Assembly: GCA_040755995.1 (NCBI GenBank)
Contig: JBFMAF010000010.1
Location: 288,001-352,000 of the forward strand
Source: Acidobacteriota bacterium
GTDB lineage: Bacteria; Acidobacteriota; CAIWXX01
Direction: 5' to 3'
DNA length: 64,000 nucleotides
Made by a program: the position numbers and the translations under genes. This document shows positions 59,690 to 64,000 of this stretch, piece after piece. The notes under the pieces are model-generated. The model was not told the origin of the DNA, did not search any database, and saw nothing but the letters and a program-made list of their open reading frames with translations. Within the stretch, counting starts at the first letter, position 1. Every line of letters begins with the position of its first letter.

Positions 59690-60693
59690 GCGGCCTCCAG
59701 GACCCGATTGATCATCGTGTCGTAGTCGATGCCGGCCGCTCTGGCCGCCTTCGGAAAACACGAGTTGCATTCGGGTCGGGGAAGTATCCCGGGCAGCGGA
59801 TTCAGCTCGAGGATGTACGGATTGCCTTCGCCATCCAGACGCACGTCAACGCGACACCAGTCGCGGCAGCGGAGCACACGATAGGCTCTCACGCAGATGG
59901 CTTCGATCTTTGCCCTGGTCATCGCATCGAGCTGTGCCGGGCATTCAAAAATGTCCAGTGGATCGTCGTCTCGGTCCCATACCCACTTGGCTTCGTACGA
60001 ATAGATCGGCGTCGCTCCGGCGGGCAGGACGTTCAGCTTGATCTCGACGATCGGCAGCACCGCGATCCTGTCGCCGTTTCCTATCAGCGCGACCGTGAAC
60101 TCGCGCCCGGACAGAAACCGTTCGACAAGCGCAGGCTGGTTGTACGTGTCCAGAACCCACTGCACCTTCGCCTTCAGCTCCTTCGAACACCTCACGACCG
60201 AGTCGTTGAAGATACCCTTCGACGAACCCTCGAACAGAGGCTTCACGATCATCGGGTAACGAAGGCCGTTCCCGTTGCCGTTCACGTAGCTGAAGACCTT
60301 GAATCCGGGCGTGGGTACCCCGTTGAATGCCAGAATCTCCTTGGCCCGTCCCTTGTCGAGGCAGATAGCAAGTGTGAGCGGGTCCGATCCTGTATACGGG
60401 ATCTGGAGCATCTCGAGAATGGCGGGGATCTGTGCTTCGCGGCTGGCGCCGAAGGCTCCTTCGGCGATGTTGAATACGATCTCGGGTCTGACGGTGGCGA
60501 GTCTGTCGTAGGCGCGGGTATCGGCCTCGATCAGGACGACATCGTGTCTCCTCGCAAGGGCAGCTCGTACGGCCTCAATGGTCTCCGGTTCGTCCCATTC
60601 GGCGTACACATCGCTGCCGATCGTACTTGGAGGACGCTCATCTCCGTCTTCCGAGCAATCCTTCTTGACGTTGTAGGTGAGTCCGACTCGCAT
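59662..60693 (-). CDS. D-Ala-D-Ala-ligase-like ATP-grasp protein (first)
   Basis: RVGLTYN, AEWD..ETI, FNIAEG, IPYTGSD, VKP..EGSSKGI, GREFTV, RVDVR, ELNPLPG. Confidence 0.92.
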   Translation of the reverse strand: MRVGLTYNVKKDCSEDGDERPPSTIGSDVYAEWDEPETIEAVRAALARRHDVVLIEADTRAYDRLATVRPEIVFNIAEGAFGASREAQIPAILEMLQIPYTGSDPLTLAICLDKGRAKEILAFNGVPTPGFKVFSYVNGNGNGLRYPMIVKPLFEGSSKGIFNDSVVRCSKELKAKVQWVLDTYNQPALVERFLSGREFTVALIGNGDRIAVLPIVEIKLNVLPAGATPIYSYEAKWVWDRDDDPLDIFECPAQLDAMTRAKIEAICVRAYRVLRCRDWCRVDVRLDGEGNPYILELNPLPGILPRPECNSCFPKAARAAGIDYDTMINRVLEAACERYGIVP

Positions 60694-60746
60694 AAGCCGT
60701 GCTGTCTACGCTCCTTCCTCTCAAAGTTGTCTCCGTTCTCACTTGA

Positions 60747-60775
60747 AATATAGATATGTGCCAACAGTTTGTCAA
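60747..60775 (-). promoter_or_regulatory. Sigma70-type promoter TTGACA-N17-TATATT
   Basis: Consensus -35, 17-nt spacer, 5/6 -10 match; about 55 bp upstream of the ATP-grasp operon. Confidence 0.8.
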
Positions 60776-60802
60776 CAAAAAAGTGAATCTCGCGAGGTAC
60801 CC

Positions 60803-60848
60803 CCCCAACATATAGGTTTTCCAGCGATCCGTCCCCAAGATGTAGTGG
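60803..60848. promoter_or_regulatory. Two tandem NrdR-box-like sites
   Basis: CCCCAACATATAGGTT (60803-60818) and CCCCAAGATGTAGTGG (60833-60848) resemble acaCwAtATaTwGtgt; starts are 30 bp apart. Confidence 0.6.
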
Positions 60849-61014
60849 GGCAGGTTTTTGGCCCATTTTTGGGAATTTTTCGCCAAATCGAGCGGCGCCA
60901 CTCGATCGCACCGAATCCGCAAATCGTGCACAGGTCCAAAACCCGAGGTCTCGTCTTGGACGATGCGATCCAGACCGCGGCCGATCGCCGATCGACGAGC
61001 GCCACGCCCGTGAA

Positions 61015-61332
61015 TCACCGATCCTTTCCCGAGCTCTCCTCGACCCACAACAGATACGGCGTGTGACCACTGTCCACGCGCAGCTCGATGATCTCGGGAA
61101 CGTCGTAGGAGTGCAGCTGCCTGATGCGCTCGATCGCGCCGGCGGCGTTGGCAGTTTTCACAAGCAGCAGCACCTCCGCCTCTCTGCAGATCTCACCCTT
61201 CCATCGATACGTCGATTGAATCGGCAGCGCCTGGCAACAGGCTGCCAGCTTCTCTTCAACCAGAGCCGTCGCGATCCGGTCGGCCTCCTGCTGCGATGAG
61301 GACGTCGTCATCAGGACCGAGACGTGATTCAT
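61015..61332 (-). CDS. cutA: Divalent-cation tolerance protein CutA
   Basis: LVEEKLAAC, STYRWKGEI...E, HSYDVPEII. Confidence 0.93.
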   Translation of the reverse strand: MNHVSVLMTTSSSQQEADRIATALVEEKLAACCQALPIQSTYRWKGEICREAEVLLLVKTANAAGAIERIRQLHSYDVPEIIELRVDSGHTPYLLWVEESSGKDR

Positions 61333-61354
61333 CGGATGCTAAGGTGCCCCGGGC

Positions 61355-62188
61355 TCACTTCGACTCGGCCATCCACGGCGCGTGCGTGGCGTCTGGCCAT
61401 CCCCACCGCTTCGCCCACGCAGCCTGGCGCGCGTCATACTCGGTCCGCCCGCTCTCGATGAGCTGGCGATAGCAGAACAGAAGGCTGTTGTCGTTGTCGC
61501 GGAGAAGCTCCTCGGTGGGCAGACCCAACTCGCGCGCCAGCACCGCCTGCCCCCAGCCCTCCGCGAAGTCCTCCAGATGCACCTCGACCTGCGAGAGCAG
61601 ATACCGCAGCGTGCCAGAGCCCGGGGTCTCCTCGACCAGGTCGCGCACTTTCTTCTCGAGTCCGGCGAGCTGCTTTGCCCGCGCCTTCGGGTCTTCACTG
61701 GAGGCGTCCTCGGCAACCAGGAGGTTGACCCAGCGAGCCGCGGCGGGCTCGAACATCTCCGGGCACTCCTTCTTCGCCGTCTTCATCGCCGTCTCGCAGA
61801 GCATCGCCGCGTCGTCCGGCATCTCCATGGCCTCGTACACCGATGCCACTCCCAGCAGCTGCGCCACCCTCTCCCAGCCATCGCCGAGGTCCGCCCCGGC
61901 TGCTCGCGCGGACGCGAAGCTCCTCCGCGCCTCTTCGAACTCCCCCAACTCGATCTCGGCCTGGCCCTTTATCAACCACGCCTGGGCGTCGCCCGCGTGC
62001 GAACCGGCGATCTTGGCCGCCTCGTCGCGTGCGCGAGAGAACTCCGCAGCCGCTCCGCCCCGGTCCATCCTGTCCGCCAGCTCGACGGCCCGCACGTAGT
62101 GTGTCTTGGCCGTCTCCAGTCGATGCGTCGCGCACCCGGCCAGCCCGAGCACGACCAGAGCGAGAACTACCAGCGGCCTCCGGCTCAC
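61355..62188 (-). CDS. TPR-repeat lipoprotein
   Basis: LAGC lipobox; AQAWLIKGQAEIELGEFEEARRSF TPR. Confidence 0.8.
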   Translation of the reverse strand: MSRRPLVVLALVVLGLAGCATHRLETAKTHYVRAVELADRMDRGGAAAEFSRARDEAAKIAGSHAGDAQAWLIKGQAEIELGEFEEARRSFASARAAGADLGDGWERVAQLLGVASVYEAMEMPDDAAMLCETAMKTAKKECPEMFEPAAARWVNLLVAEDASSEDPKARAKQLAGLEKKVRDLVEETPGSGTLRYLLSQVEVHLEDFAEGWGQAVLARELGLPTEELLRDNDNSLLFCYRQLIESGRTEYDARQAAWAKRWGWPDATHAPWMAESK

Positions 62189-62754
62189 TTCTTCCTTTCC
62201 TTCAAATACTGGTTGACGCGCTTGATGATGAGATCCTGGATCTCGCGTTCCCGGGCCAGGTTGAGCGCCAGACCCGCGCTGGCGCGCACGAAAGCATCAA
62301 GCGCTCGCCAGAACGCGGGGTCTGATCGTGGAGCCGGGATCTCGGCCAGCGCCTCATGCACGCGCGTGTCGAATGAGTCGACGACTATCTGGAGATCGCC
62401 CGAATCGACCTCGTCGCGGAACAGCGCCAGCAGGAACGGATCGCGCAGGCCCAGCACGGGGTAGAGACTCGAGAAAGCACGGCGTCGCCCGCGCGCGTCC
62501 GATCCCGCCAGGACGGACGGGGCGTGCTGCGCGAGGAAGTCGTCTACGAATCGCTTCGACTTGTTGATCACGATCCGCGATCGCGGTCCGACCGGTATCG
62601 CCCGCACCGCGTTCCGGTAAGCCTCGCCGCGCTTCACGAAATAGAATATCGAAGAGTAGATGACGGGCAGGAACGGGAAAGCCTTCAGGTTGACGATCTT
62701 CCCAAGAACGCCGAGCACCTCGTCCACCAGCGCCTGGAACTTCCTGCTGTCCAT
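62185..62754 (-). CDS. Hypothetical protein
   Basis: GC3-rich ORF with a 4-bp overlap to the lipoprotein gene. Confidence 0.7.
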   Translation of the reverse strand: MDSRKFQALVDEVLGVLGKIVNLKAFPFLPVIYSSIFYFVKRGEAYRNAVRAIPVGPRSRIVINKSKRFVDDFLAQHAPSVLAGSDARGRRRAFSSLYPVLGLRDPFLLALFRDEVDSGDLQIVVDSFDTRVHEALAEIPAPRSDPAFWRALDAFVRASAGLALNLAREREIQDLIIKRVNQYLKERKK

Positions 62755-63012
62755 TGGTATGCGTTGCAGTATACATATTCCCGCGCGGCGGTCAAGCCGC
62801 GGGCGCGCGTGAGCGCGTGAACGATGCGTCGCACAAGGATCCTTTCACGGCCACGCCGACGTCCACGTTCACGAATGAAGGGAGGATGCCGCCGGAGCAG
62901 GGCGAGGGCGAGATGCTTACGCTTACGCTTGACATCCCCGGAGGCCGATGAGAGGATCGGGCAGAATAGATCGCGGCGGGCTTCAGCGGCCGCACGCGAC
63001 GAAGGAGGGTTC

Positions 63013-64000
63013 ATGTGCACAGTCGACTGTCGGACGGCGCTGTTCTCGGGGTTGCTGACCTGCCTGGTGATTTCCACTCACCCGCTCGGACATGCTCAAG
63101 CGGTGGACTTCTCCTGGGCATCGGACCTGGGTTTTGCCAAAGGTCCATCCATGAAGGCGGCCCGCATGGGGCACTGGCAGGCGACCCTTCCCGACGGGCG
63201 CGTCGCGGCGTTCGGCGGTCACGGCAAAGGGTTCGTTGCACTCAAGACAGTCGATGTCTGGTCGCCGTCGACCAAGACGTTCTCTACAGCGACGATGCAG
63301 TACACGCACGACGGATCGGCCTTCGCGAAGCTGCAGGACGGACGCTACCTTCTGGCTGGGGGATCTGCCAACCTTGGAGTGCCTGCCTACGCGACCTCCG
63401 AAATATACAATCCCACAACCAAGACTTTCACCCTGACCGGCAACATGGTCAGGTTCCGCGCAGGCGCGGCTTCCGCTACTCTCACGAACGGCAAGGTCCT
63501 CATTGCTGGCGCCTGGTGGATCCACAATGACGCCCATACCTACGGTGAGCTCTACGACCCGATAACGGGAGCCTTCAAAGCGACAGGCCCGTTGAAGGTC
63601 CCTCGTGCCAACGCTGTGGCGATTCCGACGAAGGACGGCAAAGCCGTCGTGGCCGGAGGCATGGGCCCGCAGGCCGTTCCCGCGTATATCGAGAAGGTCG
63701 AGCAGTACAACCCAGCCACCAACAAGTTCAAGATATACAAGAACACGCTGATTGGCGGACAGACCGGCTGGTACATCAACCAGCAGATGTGCATGCGGGC
63801 GATCGATGATCAGAAAATGACCGACGGCCGGTACCTGTTGATCGCACACAGGACGGAGACGGGCGTGCTCGAGTTCATGCTGGTCACGTTCGATCCGGCG
63901 AAGAAGGTCTTCGCCGCGCTGCACACCAATCCGGAGCTGCCCGAGCTCGCCGGCGGAGGCTTCCCCTGGGCCCCGCTCCTCGACAACCGAGAGAACAAAG
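63013..64000 (+). CDS. Secreted Kelch-repeat protein, 5' part (runs off window end)
   Basis: Manual translation: AAGGAGG RBS; MCTVDCRTALFSGLLTCLVIS...; SMKAARMGH..TLPDGRVAAFGG, LQDGRYLLAGG..SEIYNP, LTNGKVLIAG..ELYDP. Confidence 0.88.
   Translation, partial: MCTVDCRTALFSGLLTCLVISTHPLGHAQAVDFSWASDLGFAKGPSMKAARMGHWQATLPDGRVAAFGGHGKGFVALKTVDVWSPSTKTFSTATMQYTHDGSAFAKLQDGRYLLAGGSANLGVPAYATSEIYNPTTKTFTLTGNMVRFRAGAASATLTNGKVLIAGAWWIHNDAHTYGELYDPITGAFKATGPLKVPRANAVAIPTKDGKAVVAGGMGPQAVPAYIEKVEQYNPATNKFKIYKNTLIGGQTGWYINQQMCMRAIDDQKMTDGRYLLIAHRTETGVLEFMLVTFDPAKKVFAALHTNPELPELAGGGFPWAPLLDNRENK

Noticed and set aside
58619..60693. Canonical ddl or van resistance genes
   Set aside because: Lacks the LHG..GEDG signature and any mur or van gene context.
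60748..60763. Minus-strand TGGCAC as a sigma54 -24 element
   Set aside because: No GC at -12; it lies within a much better sigma70 promoter.

Overview
GC-rich bacterial window with no rRNA, tRNA, CRISPR array, integrase or transposase detected. Housekeeping blocks are metG-larC, eno, an ArsA/Get3-like ATPase, xseA-xseB-ispA-tlyA, surE, mntH, two Ddl-like ATP-grasp genes plus a GNAT, and cutA. They flank two accessory tracts (about 2-12.5 kb and 19-49 kb) rich in Hanks-type Ser/Thr kinases and secreted beta-propeller/Ig/FGE-domain proteins. The main signal is a candidate regulatory circuit. An FHA-domain sigma54 enhancer-binding protein (40547-42340) lies in an island with six sigma54 (-24/-12) promoter matches, including one in front of its own gene. 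All six are near copies of one AT-rich motif (half-site CTTKATA/TATMAAG), with start-to-start spacing of 111, 111, 112 and 123 bp for the four plus-strand promoters. The same island encodes membrane kinases with FGE/C-type-lectin-fold domains after the transmembrane helix: one intact tandem pair and one deletion-fused pair. Together these suggest a kinase -> pThr/FHA -> sigma54 autoregulated regulon for secreted proteins; this is an inference and is untested. Other observations are tandem NrdR-box-like sites upstream of the ATP-grasp/GNAT operon, a shared Lys-rich C-terminal IPT/TIG domain, a signal-peptide SurE, a doubly truncated MNT-HEPN/IPT fragment, and a cryptic degenerate kinase. Product calls come from motif recognition only; no database searches were run.
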